Shown here: positions 8,594 through 18,444 of the stretch, one piece after another
Layout: each line of letters opens with the position of its first letter
Position numbering within the stretch: position 1 is the first letter of the stretch
Assembly (NCBI GenBank): GCA_029978705.1
Contig: JAPOIY010000004.1
Span: 29,339 to 93,338, forward strand
Reading direction: 5' to 3'
Source of the DNA: Actinomycetota bacterium
Lineage (GTDB): Bacteria; Actinomycetota; Actinomycetes; S36-B12; GCA-2699445
Length of the DNA: 64,000 bases
The notes under the pieces: generated by a model
The model's input: the letters and a program-made list of their open reading frames with translations, nothing else
Database searches by the model: none
Told to the model about the DNA's origin: nothing
Program-made: the position numbers and the translations under genes

Positions 8594-9646
8594 TCAGCTG
8601 TCGGTGGCATGCCCGGAGGGGACCTCCGGGACGACATGGCTGGCCGCCTCCTCGGGGGTGAGGGGGAAGTGGCAGGCCACCAGATGTCCGCCGCCCACGT
8701 CGCGCAGGAGCGGCTCTTCGTCCGCACACCGCTGCTGCGCCTTCCAGCAGCGGGTACGGAAGCGGCAACCGCTGGGGGGGTCGGCCGGGCTGGGGACGTC
8801 GCCTTCGAGCTCGATACGTTCCCGGGACGCCTGCAGTTCGGGGTCGGGGATGGGTGCCGCCGAGATCAGAGCCGCGGTGTACGGATGGGCGGGGGACGAG
8901 TAGACGGGGTCCTGAGGTCCGGTCTCCACGATCTTGCCGAGGTACATGACCGCGATCCGGTCCGCGATCTGCCGGACGACGGCGAGGTCGTGGCTGATGA
9001 ACACGTACGAGAGCCCAAGGTCGTCGCGCAGGTCGAGCAGCAGGTTCATGACCTGCGCCTGCACCGAGACGTCGAGGGCCGACACCGGCTCGTCGGCCAC
9101 GATGATCCTCGGCTTGAGGGCCAGCGCCCGGGCCACGCCGATGCGCTGTCGCTGACCGCCGGAGAACTGATGCGGGTAGCGGTTGACGAACTCTGGGTTG
9201 AGTCCGACACGGTCCATCAGGTCCCGGACCGCCTCCTGCTTGGTGCGGCCAGCCAGGGCCTCGGGGTGGATCTCGAAGGGTTCCCCGATGATGCTCGCGA
9301 CCGTCATGCGCGGGTTGAGGGAGGTGTACGGGTCCTGCAGGATCATCTGGATGTCGCGGCGCTTCGCTCGCAACTCCTTCTGGGACATCGTGGTGATGTC
9401 CTGACCCAGGATCTCGATGCTGCCGGCCGTGACCGGCTCCAGCCCGAGGAGCAGCCGCCCGGTCGTCGACTTGCCGCAGCCCGACTCCCCGACGATCGCG
9501 AGCGTCTCCCCCTGCGCGACCGTGAAGTCGACGTGGTCCACCGCGCGCACATCACCGATCTTCTTCTGGAAGACGATGCCCCTGGTGATCGGGTAGTACT
9601 TCACCAGCCCGGATACGGCGATGACCCGGTCACGCGTCGGCGACAT
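8594..9646 (-). CDS. oppF: Oligopeptide/dipeptide ABC ATP-binding subunit (OppF/DppF)
   Basis: [36 protein letters not shown]. Confidence 0.9.
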   Translation of the reverse strand: MSPTRDRVIAVSGLVKYYPITRGIVFQKKIGDVRAVDHVDFTVAQGETLAIVGESGCGKSTTGRLLLGLEPVTAGSIEILGQDITTMSQKELRAKRRDIQMILQDPYTSLNPRMTVASIIGEPFEIHPEALAGRTKQEAVRDLMDRVGLNPEFVNRYPHQFSGGQRQRIGVARALALKPRIIVADEPVSALDVSVQAQVMNLLLDLRDDLGLSYVFISHDLAVVRQIADRIAVMYLGKIVETGPQDPVYSSPAHPYTAALISAAPIPDPELQASRERIELEGDVPSPADPPSGCRFRTRCWKAQQRCADEEPLLRDVGGGHLVACHFPLTPEEAASHVVPEVPSGHATDS

Positions 9647-10628
9647 TCCCGTACACCTCCTCCGCGAACCAGCAACGGCTGGCGTGGTCCGGCGCGACCT
9701 CCGTCAGCGGGGGCGCAGCCCCGGAGCGGCACTGGTCGCTCACGCGGGGGCAGCGGGGGTGGAAGGCGCACCCCTTCGGCACGGCGAAGAGGCTGGGCGG
9801 CAGGCCCTTGATCGCCGGCAGCCGGGTCTCCCGTTCGTCGATCTTGGGGATCGAGGCGAGGAGCCCTTCGGTGTAGGGGTTCGCCGTGTGGTGGTAGATC
9901 TCGGCCACGGGCCCCTGCTCCATGGTGCGGCCCGCGTACATCACCGAGATGCGCTCGGCCACGTCCGCGACCACCCCGAGGTCGTGGGTGATCAGGATGA
10001 GCCCCATCCGCGTCTCGGCCTGCAACTCCTGCAACAGGTCCATGATCTGGGCCTGGACGGTGACGTCCAGGGCGGTGGTGGGCTCGTCGGCGATGAGTAC
10101 CTGTGGCTTGAGGGCAATCATCATCGCGATCATGATCCGCTGTCGCATGCCTCCGGAGAACTGGTGGGGGTAGGAGCCGTAGCGCTCCTCCGCCCCCGGG
10201 ATCCGCACCCGCTTCATGACGTCGATCGTCGCGCTGCGGGCGGCTTTGCGACTCATCCCGCGGTGCACCCGGAACATCTCCGCGATCTGGTCCCCCACAC
10301 TGATCACCGGATTGAGCGCTGACAGCGCGTCCTGGAAGATCATCGCGATCTGGCTGCCCCGCACCTGCTGGTACTCCTTCTCGGGCAGACCGAGGATCTC
10401 GCGGCCCCGCAGGCGCACCGATCCTCCCGTGATGCGTGCCGGAGGGGAGTCGAGGATGCCCATGATGGCCTGCGCCGTCACCGACTTGCCCGAACCCGAC
10501 TCGCCGAGGATCGCGATCGTCTCTCCCTCGTCCAGCGTGAAGGACACGCCGTTCACCGCCCGCGCCACGCCGTCCCGGGTGTCGAACTCGACCTTCAGGT
10601 CTGCGACGTCGAGGAGGTGATCGGCCAT
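9630..10628 (-). CDS. oppD: Oligopeptide ABC ATP-binding subunit (OppD/DppD)
   Basis: GESGSGKS, FSGGMRQR, DEPTTALD, GCAFHPRC; start MADHLLDV. Confidence 0.9.
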   Translation of the reverse strand: MADHLLDVADLKVEFDTRDGVARAVNGVSFTLDEGETIAILGESGSGKSVTAQAIMGILDSPPARITGGSVRLRGREILGLPEKEYQQVRGSQIAMIFQDALSALNPVISVGDQIAEMFRVHRGMSRKAARSATIDVMKRVRIPGAEERYGSYPHQFSGGMRQRIMIAMMIALKPQVLIADEPTTALDVTVQAQIMDLLQELQAETRMGLILITHDLGVVADVAERISVMYAGRTMEQGPVAEIYHHTANPYTEGLLASIPKIDERETRLPAIKGLPPSLFAVPKGCAFHPRCPRVSDQCRSGAAPPLTEVAPDHASRCWFAEEVYGNVADA

Positions 10629-11542
10629 CACTTCCTCAGTTTCGGGTCGAGGGCCTCGCTGACGGCCTCGCCGAGGAGGATGAAGGCCAGCACGGTGAGG
10701 GTGAGGAAGCCAGCGGGTACCAGCAGTGTCCACGGCGCCTGGAAGAACGCGTTCTGCGCGTCGGCGATCATCGTGCCCCACGAGAAGTCAGGCGGCCGGA
10801 TGCCGAGACCGAGGTACGAAAGCGTCGCCTCGGCCCCGATGAACAACCCGAGGCTGATGACGGCCACGACGATGGACGGCCCGATGGCGTTGGGCAGGAT
10901 GTGCCGCACCATGATGCGACCGTTGCTGGCGCCGAGGGAACGGGCGGCCAGGGTGTAGTCCTGGCCCTTGGCCTCGATGACCTTTCCGCGCACCAGCCGG
11001 GCGGCCGTGGGCCAACTCAGCAGCGTCAGCGCCAGGACCACCCCCCAGATGCCGGGGAGGTCGACGGCGGACAGCAGGACGATGGCGCCCAGGATGTAGG
11101 GCACTCCCAGGAAGATGTCGATGATGCGCGAGATCGTCGAGTCGACCTTGCCTCCGAAGAATCCCGCGATCAGCCCGATCCCGGCCCCGATGATCGTCGT
11201 CAGCACGGCCGCCAAGACTCCGACGATGACGCTGGGGCGCGCGCCGTAGATGCTCAGGGCGTAGACGTCGCACCCCTGCTGGTCGGCGCCCAGTTTGAAC
11301 TGGCTGCTGGGCGGTGCCAGCGAGTTCGCCAACTGGCAGCCTCCGGTCAGGGAGGACGTGGACTCCTGTGGGGCGAGCAGCCCCGGGAACACCACCATCA
11401 CCAGGACGAACACCAGGAGCGCGGCACTGATCCAGAAGATCCAGCTGCGGCGCAGGTCGTACCAGGCGTCACCCAGCAGGGTGCGCGAAGCGGGCCCGTC
11501 GGGCCGCACCGAGGTCTCGACGTCGAGCTGGATGTCACTCAT
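10628..11542 (-). CDS. oppC: Oligopeptide ABC permease OppC
   Basis: LGADQQGCD, AARSLGAS..RHILPN EAA loop, LSYLGLG. Confidence 0.9.
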   Translation of the reverse strand: MSDIQLDVETSVRPDGPASRTLLGDAWYDLRRSWIFWISAALLVFVLVMVVFPGLLAPQESTSSLTGGCQLANSLAPPSSQFKLGADQQGCDVYALSIYGARPSVIVGVLAAVLTTIIGAGIGLIAGFFGGKVDSTISRIIDIFLGVPYILGAIVLLSAVDLPGIWGVVLALTLLSWPTAARLVRGKVIEAKGQDYTLAARSLGASNGRIMVRHILPNAIGPSIVVAVISLGLFIGAEATLSYLGLGIRPPDFSWGTMIADAQNAFFQAPWTLLVPAGFLTLTVLAFILLGEAVSEALDPKLRK

Positions 11543-12458
11543 AGCGGATCCTCGGGTCGAGGACGGCGTACAGGACATCCACCAGGAGGCTGCTGAGCAT
11601 GTACACGATGATGAGCAGGGTCGTGATGCCGACCACCACGACCGCCTCCTGCTGCCGGATGGACGTGTAGAGCTGCTGCCCGATACCGGGGATGTTGAAG
11701 ATGCCCTCTGTGATCACGGCTCCACCCATGAGAGTGCCCAGTTCGATGCCGAGGAACGTGACCACGGGGATCAGGGAGTTGCGCAGCCCGTACTTCCGCA
11801 GGATCGTGCGCGACGGCAGGCCCTTGGCCTTGGCGGTGCGCATGAAGTCCATGTTGAACGTCTCCAGCAGGCTCTGCCGGGTCAGCCTCAGGACGTAAGC
11901 CAGCGAGCCCGCAGCCAACACGAAAGCAGGGATGATGTAACTCTTCGGCCAGCCCTGCGCGATCCCCGAGGGGGCCACCCATCCCAACTTGATGCCGAAG
12001 AGCCACTGCAGGGTGAACCCCAGGACGAACAGCGGGATGGCGATGAAGACCAGCGCCACGGCCAGAGAGACGTTGTCGAACCACTTCCCGCGCTTCAGGG
12101 CGGCGTAGATCCCGATGGAGATGCCGAGGACGATCTCTATCGCCACGGCCGTCACGGCGAGCAGGAAGGTCACCGGGAAACGTTCGACGACGATCGACCA
12201 CACCGACTCCCCGGAGAAGGTCGTGCCGAAGTCCCCGTGGAGCACTCCCCAGATGTACTTCAAGTATTGGACGATGAAGGGGTCATCGAGGTTGAACGAC
12301 TGGGTCAGGTACTCCATGTACGCGGGGTTCTGCCGCTGCTGGGGTGACAGGGTGTTGAGGGGGTCCCCCAAGGCGTTCATCAGGAAGTAGATGAGGAACG
12401 TCGACCCGAAGAAGACCGGGATCATCTGCAGCAGTCGCCGAACGACGTAGCGTCCCAT
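11535..12458 (-). CDS. oppB: Oligopeptide ABC permease OppB
   Basis: MGRYVVRRLL, TAKAKGL, ITEGIFNIPGIG, LDPRIR. Confidence 0.9.
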   Translation of the reverse strand: MGRYVVRRLLQMIPVFFGSTFLIYFLMNALGDPLNTLSPQQRQNPAYMEYLTQSFNLDDPFIVQYLKYIWGVLHGDFGTTFSGESVWSIVVERFPVTFLLAVTAVAIEIVLGISIGIYAALKRGKWFDNVSLAVALVFIAIPLFVLGFTLQWLFGIKLGWVAPSGIAQGWPKSYIIPAFVLAAGSLAYVLRLTRQSLLETFNMDFMRTAKAKGLPSRTILRKYGLRNSLIPVVTFLGIELGTLMGGAVITEGIFNIPGIGQQLYTSIRQQEAVVVVGITTLLIIVYMLSSLLVDVLYAVLDPRIRYE

Positions 12459-12480
12459 GGGGTGTCACGCCTCGGATCGT

Positions 12481-12523
12481 GCGGGGAGCCGGGGGAACCC
12501 CGATGGGGCGCCCCCGGCTCCGC
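12481..12523 (-). terminator. Stem-loop between oppA and oppB (partial terminator or mRNA-stabilising element)
   Basis: GGAGCCGGGGG / CCCCCGGCTCC inverted repeat in the oppA-oppB spacer, a typical position in ABC operons. Confidence 0.55.
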
Positions 12524-12556
12524 AGATCGCTGTCACGTCGTTCGCGTGCCGCGCAC

Positions 12557-14200
12557 TCAGCTGTTGACCGAGATCACGTTCAGGTCGATCAGGCCGTCCG
12601 GGGAGATGGACACATTCGACACGTTGGTCGAGTAGCCGCCCACCTGGTTGCGGAACTGGTAGGCGTAGCCCGGGAAGTCCTCGTACAGGACCTTCTCGGC
12701 CTCCTGCCACTTCGCGATCTGCTCCTCGTCGCTCTTGGCCTGGACACCTTCCTTGAGCAACTTGTCGAACTGCGGGTTCTTGTACTGGGCGACGTTGCCG
12801 GGGCTGTCGCTGGTCCAGAAGAAGTAGATCATGTTCTGGATGGTGGGGTTGTCCGCCACCCAGCCGGATCCGACCATCGTCCCGTTCGGCGCCTTGCCGT
12901 TCTGGGTGACGTCGAGCATCTCGCCGAAGTCCTTGAACATCTCGACCGTGCAGGTCACGCCGGTGTTGGTCTGGATCTGGTTGCAGATCGCCTTCTGCAC
13001 ATCTCCGGTCTCGTTGCTCAGTTGTGGGATCCGGACCGTGTTGCCGGGTACCCCGCCGGCGCCCTGGATGAGCTCCTTCGCCTTGGCGGCATCGAAGGTG
13101 CACTTGTCGCCGCAGACGTCCTGGCCGCCGCCCGGGATGGAACTGGGCGCGAAGCTCGTGGCCGTCTGGCGAGTGCCGTAGTAGAGCTTCTGGTTGATCT
13201 CATCCCAGTTGATCGACTTGGCGATACCGATCCGGACGTCCTTCTCCTTGAAGGTCGGGTCGTTGGCCGGGAATCCGAAGAACGAGTACTGCAGACCGTT
13301 CGGTGTGTTCAGGTACCGGTCGCCCAGGACCTGCGGGGCCGTGGCCAGTGCGTTCTGCGGCAGGTTGTTGGTCACGTCGAGGGTGTTGGCCTGCAGGTCC
13401 GCCCAGTAGGCGTTGGAGTCGGCGTAGATCTTGAAGTCGATCTGATCGGCGTTGCCCGCCGTACCGGCGTAGTCCGCGTTCTTGACGACCGAGAGCCCCT
13501 GGTTGTTGTAGGGCCCGGTCAGCTTGTACGGGCCGTTGCCGATGGGCTGCTTCTCGTACTTGGCGGGATCCTTGAACGCCTCGCTGGGCATCGGGAGGAT
13601 CTGCGGACCCGTGATGAAGTTCTTGAACAGCGACTCGGTCATGGCCGCGTTCAACGTGATCGACAGCAGGTACTCGCTCTTGGCCTTGATTCCCGACATG
13701 GCCTTGGACTTGCCGTCGGCCACGTCCTGGTAGCCCTGCACGTCGAGCGAGCCGGGGCCGAAGATGAAGCCGAGCTGCTGGCCGTTGTCGCCGTTGGCGG
13801 CGTAGTTGTAGGTGTCCACGAAGGTCTGGGCGGTCACCTTCTCCCCGTTCGTGAACGTGAAGCCGGGGTTGAGCTCGATCTCCCACGTCTTACCGTCGTC
13901 TGGGGAGTTCAGGCTCTTGGTGAGTTCGGTGTTGGTCGGGGTGAGGGCTCCTGAGGAGTCCGTCGTGAACTGGAACAGCCCGGTGAACAGGGCTCTGTTC
14001 ACCTGCGCGCAGTACAGGTCGTAGCAGTTCGACGGCGTGAGGGCCTGGAACTTCTCGAGCCCGACCGAGAAGGTGCCGCCCGCGCCTCCCGTGCCCGCGG
14101 AACTGCCGCCCCCGCTGGATCCGCTGCTGCAGGCCGTGAGCGCGAGTGCCGCGCCCAGGACGAGGCCGCCTGCGGCCAGACCATGCTTACGAAGACTCAT
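12557..14200 (-). CDS. oppA: Peptide ABC substrate-binding lipoprotein (family 5)
   Basis: Lipobox LTAC, FTNGEKVTA, PIGNGPY, GWVADNP; AAAGGA RBS before MSLRKH. Confidence 0.9.
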   Translation of the reverse strand: MSLRKHGLAAGGLVLGAALALTACSSGSSGGGSSAGTGGAGGTFSVGLEKFQALTPSNCYDLYCAQVNRALFTGLFQFTTDSSGALTPTNTELTKSLNSPDDGKTWEIELNPGFTFTNGEKVTAQTFVDTYNYAANGDNGQQLGFIFGPGSLDVQGYQDVADGKSKAMSGIKAKSEYLLSITLNAAMTESLFKNFITGPQILPMPSEAFKDPAKYEKQPIGNGPYKLTGPYNNQGLSVVKNADYAGTAGNADQIDFKIYADSNAYWADLQANTLDVTNNLPQNALATAPQVLGDRYLNTPNGLQYSFFGFPANDPTFKEKDVRIGIAKSINWDEINQKLYYGTRQTATSFAPSSIPGGGQDVCGDKCTFDAAKAKELIQGAGGVPGNTVRIPQLSNETGDVQKAICNQIQTNTGVTCTVEMFKDFGEMLDVTQNGKAPNGTMVGSGWVADNPTIQNMIYFFWTSDSPGNVAQYKNPQFDKLLKEGVQAKSDEEQIAKWQEAEKVLYEDFPGYAYQFRNQVGGYSTNVSNVSISPDGLIDLNVISVNS

Positions 14201-14291
14201 CGACGTTCCTTTCAATTCCCCCGCACGATGCTGCGAGGCTAGTGGGGTCCGGGAACGCACGACAAGGGCCGATCTACCGGTGGCCGAATCG

Positions 14292-16022
14292 TTACGGGGT
14301 CCCCGTGGGCACCGGCACCGCGTCGGTGGGGGCCGGGATGACCGACGGCGGCGGGAGTTGCGACGGTTCCTCGTCGGCGGCGGTGGTCACCACCCGCAGA
14401 CTGCCGAGGTCGACGGTCGCGAACGGCGTGATCACCAGACCGGGCTGCACCTTGGGGCTCCAGCCCATCTGCACGGTGCCGGACCACAGGGGGATGGCGG
14501 GCACCGTCCCGGAGAGCACGACCTGCGCCTCCTGGTACTTCGCCATCGCCTCCGCGACCGGGAGCCGGCGGGCCTCCGCCATCAGTTCGTCGAAGCGGGG
14601 GTCGTGATAGCCGCCCTCGTTGGCCCCCGCCTTGCCGTACAGGGGCTCGAGGAAGTTCTGGATGCTCGGATAGTCCATCCGCCAGGAGGTGCGGAAGACC
14701 CCGACCATCTGTTTGGCGGTGATGGCCTCCAGGAACTCCTTCTGCGTGGGGAACGGCTGAGGGGTGCACGGGATACCCAGGGTGCTGATGATCGACTGGC
14801 AGACCGCGGCCACCCACTCGGCGTGCCCGCCGTCCTCGTTGTAGGCGATGGCCAGGTCACCCGGGAAACCCCCACCGCGTTGCAGCAGTTCCTTGGCGGC
14901 GGCGTCGTCGTAGATGCAGGTGTCGCCGCAGGCGCCGGGCTCGTACCCGGCCACCACCGGCGGGGCCCAGGCGTCGGCCGCGACGACGGTGTCGTTCCAC
15001 ACGTCGTGGACGATGCGGCGGCGGTCCACCGCGCGGCTCATGGCCGCGCGCACCTCCGGGGACGCGAACCGCTTGTCGTAGAGGGGGAAGGTGAGGGACG
15101 TGAAGAGCCCGGCCGGGCGGAGCAGGTAGTGGCCCTCGCCGAGTTCCCGCCGCCACCGGTCGTCACGCAGGACGTCGGTGGGCATCCTGGTCAGCAGGTC
15201 CAACCGGCCGGAGCGCACGTCCTGGTAGGCGGTGTCCAGATCGCTGTAGACCCGCCACTCGAGGTTGCGCACCTGGGCGCGGTCGACGCCCGGGTAGGGC
15301 TCGTAGGCCGACATGCGGATGTCGGTGCCGGGCGAGCGGGACTCGAACTGAAAGGGGCCGTTGCCCACCGGAGCGGCAGCGAACACCTCGGGGTCCTTGA
15401 AGAACGACTGGGGCATCGGGGAGAAGGCCCAGTAGCCCAGCATGGACTCGAAGACCGCCAATGGCTCCGCCAACCGGACGGTGAACTGCAGGTCGCCGTC
15501 CACGGTGAGTCCGGTCAACGGAACCGGCTGGGCGGGACAGCTGACCTTGCCGCTGGCGGTGACACTGCCTGCGGTCTGCTCGTAGCCTGCGATGTTGGCG
15601 CCGGCGGGCCCGAAGAAGGACTGGTTGGTCGCCTCGTGCTGGCAGGCGGCCGCCCAGTTCCATGCGTCCACGTACGACGACGCGGTGACCGGGGTTCCAT
15701 CGTGGAACGTCCAGCCCGGTTTCAGCGTGACCTGCCAGGTGCGGTTGTCGGTCGTGGTGATCGACTGGGCGTTCGCCAGCCGCGGCTCCGCGGTGACGGG
15801 GTCGTAGTCCACCAGGCCCGTCCACATGGCGTCGACCGCGTCCCCCGCACCGCTCTCCGCGGCTACGGCGGGCAGCAACAGTTGCGCGGGTTCCGTCGTG
15901 GAGACGGACACCGCCCCCATGGGGGGTGCCGGGGTCGGGGCGGCCGGGGTCCCGGTACCGCTCTCGGATGCGCAGGAGGCGATGAGCGGGAGCAGCAGGA
16001 GGGCCGCCGCTGCGCGCCTCAC
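14292..16022 (-). CDS. Second peptide ABC substrate-binding lipoprotein (family 5)
   Basis: Lipobox IASC, FHDGTPVTA, PVGNGPF, SWRMDYP; GTG overlaps the ppk2 stop. Confidence 0.85.
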   Translation of the reverse strand: MRRAAAALLLLPLIASCASESGTGTPAAPTPAPPMGAVSVSTTEPAQLLLPAVAAESGAGDAVDAMWTGLVDYDPVTAEPRLANAQSITTTDNRTWQVTLKPGWTFHDGTPVTASSYVDAWNWAAACQHEATNQSFFGPAGANIAGYEQTAGSVTASGKVSCPAQPVPLTGLTVDGDLQFTVRLAEPLAVFESMLGYWAFSPMPQSFFKDPEVFAAAPVGNGPFQFESRSPGTDIRMSAYEPYPGVDRAQVRNLEWRVYSDLDTAYQDVRSGRLDLLTRMPTDVLRDDRWRRELGEGHYLLRPAGLFTSLTFPLYDKRFASPEVRAAMSRAVDRRRIVHDVWNDTVVAADAWAPPVVAGYEPGACGDTCIYDDAAAKELLQRGGGFPGDLAIAYNEDGGHAEWVAAVCQSIISTLGIPCTPQPFPTQKEFLEAITAKQMVGVFRTSWRMDYPSIQNFLEPLYGKAGANEGGYHDPRFDELMAEARRLPVAEAMAKYQEAQVVLSGTVPAIPLWSGTVQMGWSPKVQPGLVITPFATVDLGSLRVVTTAADEEPSQLPPPSVIPAPTDAVPVPTGTP

Positions 16023-16918
16023 TCAGCCTCCAGCTCTGCCCGCGCGGCCGCGAGTTCCTCCCGGTCGGCGTCACTGAGCTCGGGGTAGCGCAGGTCGAGG
16101 CCCTTGATGGTCGTGGTGATGACATCCGACACCGCGGTGCGCATCGCCCACTTGCGGTCGGCGGGGATCACCCACCAGGGAGCCCACGGGGTCGATGTCG
16201 CCGTGATGGCTTCCTCGTAGGCAGCCTGGTAGTCGTCCCACCGGGCCCGTTCCCGGATGTCCGCCGCGGAGAACTTCCAGTTCTTCTCGGGGGTGTCGAG
16301 ACGCGCAAGGAACCTCTCCTTCTGCTCCTCCTTCGACACGTGCAGGAAGAACTTCAGGATCACCGTCCCGTTGCGCACGAGGTGGCGCTCGAAGGCGTTG
16401 ATGTCGTCGTAGCGGGCCTTCCAGAAGGCCTTCCCGCGGGCGGTGACCGGCAGACGCTGGCTGTCGAGGATCTGGGGGTGCACGCGGGTGACGAGCACCT
16501 CCTCGTAGTAGGAGCGGTTGAAGATCCCGATGTTGCCGCGGGGCGGCAGCGCCCTGTTGCACCGCCACAGGAAGTCGTGGTCGAGTTCCTCGTCGCTCGG
16601 CTTCTTGAAGGACGTCACGCTGCAGCCCTGTGGGTTGACGCCGCTCATCACGTGCTTGATCGTGCTGTCCTTGCCGGCGGCGTCCATGGCCTGGAAGACC
16701 AGCAGGACCGCGTAACGGTCGTCGGCGTAGAGCATGTCCTGGGCCTCCGCGAGCTCGGCCCGGTTGTCCTCGAGCATCTGCTCGGCGAGTTCTTTGCGCT
16801 TGTTCTTGGACATCGCCTCGGCGGCGGGCGGCAGCCACGCCGGGTCGTGGTCGGCGAGCCGGAACTTCTCCTTGTGATCGACGCGCAACTGCTCGAGCGT
16901 CTCACGGGTCATGGCCAT
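16019..16918 (-). CDS. ppk2: Polyphosphate kinase 2 family (class III-like) polyphosphate:nucleotide phosphotransferase
   Basis: QAMDAAGKDSTIKHV, HDFLWR, FNRSYYEEVL, ILKFFLHVS, WKFS. Confidence 0.9.
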   Translation of the reverse strand: MAMTRETLEQLRVDHKEKFRLADHDPAWLPPAAEAMSKNKRKELAEQMLEDNRAELAEAQDMLYADDRYAVLLVFQAMDAAGKDSTIKHVMSGVNPQGCSVTSFKKPSDEELDHDFLWRCNRALPPRGNIGIFNRSYYEEVLVTRVHPQILDSQRLPVTARGKAFWKARYDDINAFERHLVRNGTVILKFFLHVSKEEQKERFLARLDTPEKNWKFSAADIRERARWDDYQAAYEEAITATSTPWAPWWVIPADRKWAMRTAVSDVITTTIKGLDLRYPELSDADREELAAARAELEAE

Positions 16919-17028
16919 GGCCGGGCCCCTCCTGCCAATCCTGAGGTCGCACCCCGGGCGACCGTCGCAGCACTATGGCATGCGCGGCCGGGGGCTGCCG
17001 GGTCAGTTGCCGTTCCGTGACCGCGGCA

Positions 17029-17859
17029 TCAGGAGTCGATCACAGTCGGCGCCAGTACCGGGCACGGGCTCCAGTCCTCATGGGGAAAGGAGTCCTGTAG
17101 AGCCAGCAGCGCCGACTCCAAGGCGACCGGCGTGACGGTGGCGGTGGCGCCGCTGTACGGCTCGTCCAGCGACGCGAGACTGGCGACGATCGCGACCAGG
17201 ACACCCGTGGAGACCAGATTGGTCACCAGCCGCAGTCGGCGTCGGGACCCCACGTGCAGGGTCATCAGGGCGATGAACGAGAAGGCGCACACGAAGATGA
17301 CGAACCAGATCGCCAAGGGGATCTCAGGCAGCGCCAGTTGCAGCCGTAGCGTGCGATCGGCGTCCAGTTGCAGGGAATGGTCCACCAGGAAGTAGTGCGT
17401 GGACTTCTGGATCTCGGTGTCCATGGTTACGTCGTCCACCCCCCTCTGGATGCGCGCCGACCAGGTGGCCACGTTCTCGGAACCGGTCAGATCGAGCGCG
17501 CGGGCCGCCGGCCAGTCGTCGACGGTCACCGCACGCATGTAGCAGATGAGGGAGCGCCGGATGTCGTTGCGTTCCGTCTCCGGAAACGGGCTGACGGCGT
17601 TGAACAGCGCCACGGACGACGCGGCCTCCTGGCGCGCCACCTCGCGCGTGTCGGCGAAGTGTTGGACCGCGAACACCAGGAGGAGGCCGAGGATGATGCC
17701 GAAGGCGCCACCGACGAAGGCAACGGCGTCGGTGAAGCCGACATCCCCGTCCTCGGAGTCCATGCGGGGGCCGAGGAACCAGCGGTGCAGGGCCAGCCCC
17801 ACGGCCCACCCCAGGGCGATACTGACCAGGACCAGGGCCGCGGCGACGTAGGGGGTCAC
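17029..17859 (-). CDS. Membrane protein, DUF4239/bestrophin-like
   Basis: TM helices, FGIILGLLLVFA, QEA motif, C-terminal LDEPYSG. Confidence 0.6.
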   Translation of the reverse strand: MTPYVAAALVLVSIALGWAVGLALHRWFLGPRMDSEDGDVGFTDAVAFVGGAFGIILGLLLVFAVQHFADTREVARQEAASSVALFNAVSPFPETERNDIRRSLICYMRAVTVDDWPAARALDLTGSENVATWSARIQRGVDDVTMDTEIQKSTHYFLVDHSLQLDADRTLRLQLALPEIPLAIWFVIFVCAFSFIALMTLHVGSRRRLRLVTNLVSTGVLVAIVASLASLDEPYSGATATVTPVALESALLALQDSFPHEDWSPCPVLAPTVIDS

Positions 17860-17886
17860 GCCCTCAGCGTGCCATGCGGGCCGCCC

Positions 17887-18297
17887 TCACAGGTCGATGA
17901 TGCGGCTGGGGATGTCCGTGTTCTCCGCCAGGTGGTAGCTGGCGCACACGCGGTGGTAGCCGTCGGCGATCTGCGTCGGCAGCCCTTTGAGGATCTTTCC
18001 CCGGATGATGAGCACGGGCGACAACTCGATCCCCTCGGTCACCTTGCGCAGGTCCTCCATGACGTGTTGATCGTCGAGGGGAAGCAGTGCGAGTCCCGAC
18101 GCCCGGAGGATGTCTTTGGCCTTGTGAGTCTTGATGGGGGCCTTCTCCAGCCGCGCCACGATGTCCTTCACGGTGTCGTCATCGGCGATCAGGCTGAGGT
18201 AGCTGGCGGCGGCCGGGTAGTCGTGCTGGTCGGGGGTGTTCTTCCACTTGACGTTGCCGGCGACAGCGGGATTGGGGACGGGATTGCTCTTCGACAT
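17887..18297 (-). CDS. Hypothetical protein with ParB/Srx-like IADGYHR motif
   Basis: ATG after AGGAGG; HDYPAAASYL, LSPVLIIR, IADGYHRVCA. Confidence 0.7.
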   Translation of the reverse strand: MSKSNPVPNPAVAGNVKWKNTPDQHDYPAAASYLSLIADDDTVKDIVARLEKAPIKTHKAKDILRASGLALLPLDDQHVMEDLRKVTEGIELSPVLIIRGKILKGLPTQIADGYHRVCASYHLAENTDIPSRIIDL

Positions 18298-18444
18298 GGC
18301 CCTCCTTGCCTTTCCCCGAACGCTAGTGAGAGGTGCGGCGTGATGCGACCTGACACCCCGATGGCTCAGAACCGGGAAGATCGACGGCATGCTGCCGATG
18401 TTGCTGATCTAGCCGCCGGCGCAGTCCCGCCGACCGATGGGTGG

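Noticed and set aside
12479..16088. Long + strand ORFs (491 and 683 aa) opposite the SBP genes, and similar ones elsewhere (40168..42693, 24037..26085 extension, 22218..24080)
   Set aside because: Stop-poor antisense or alternative frames are expected at this GC content, and they carry no motifs of their own.
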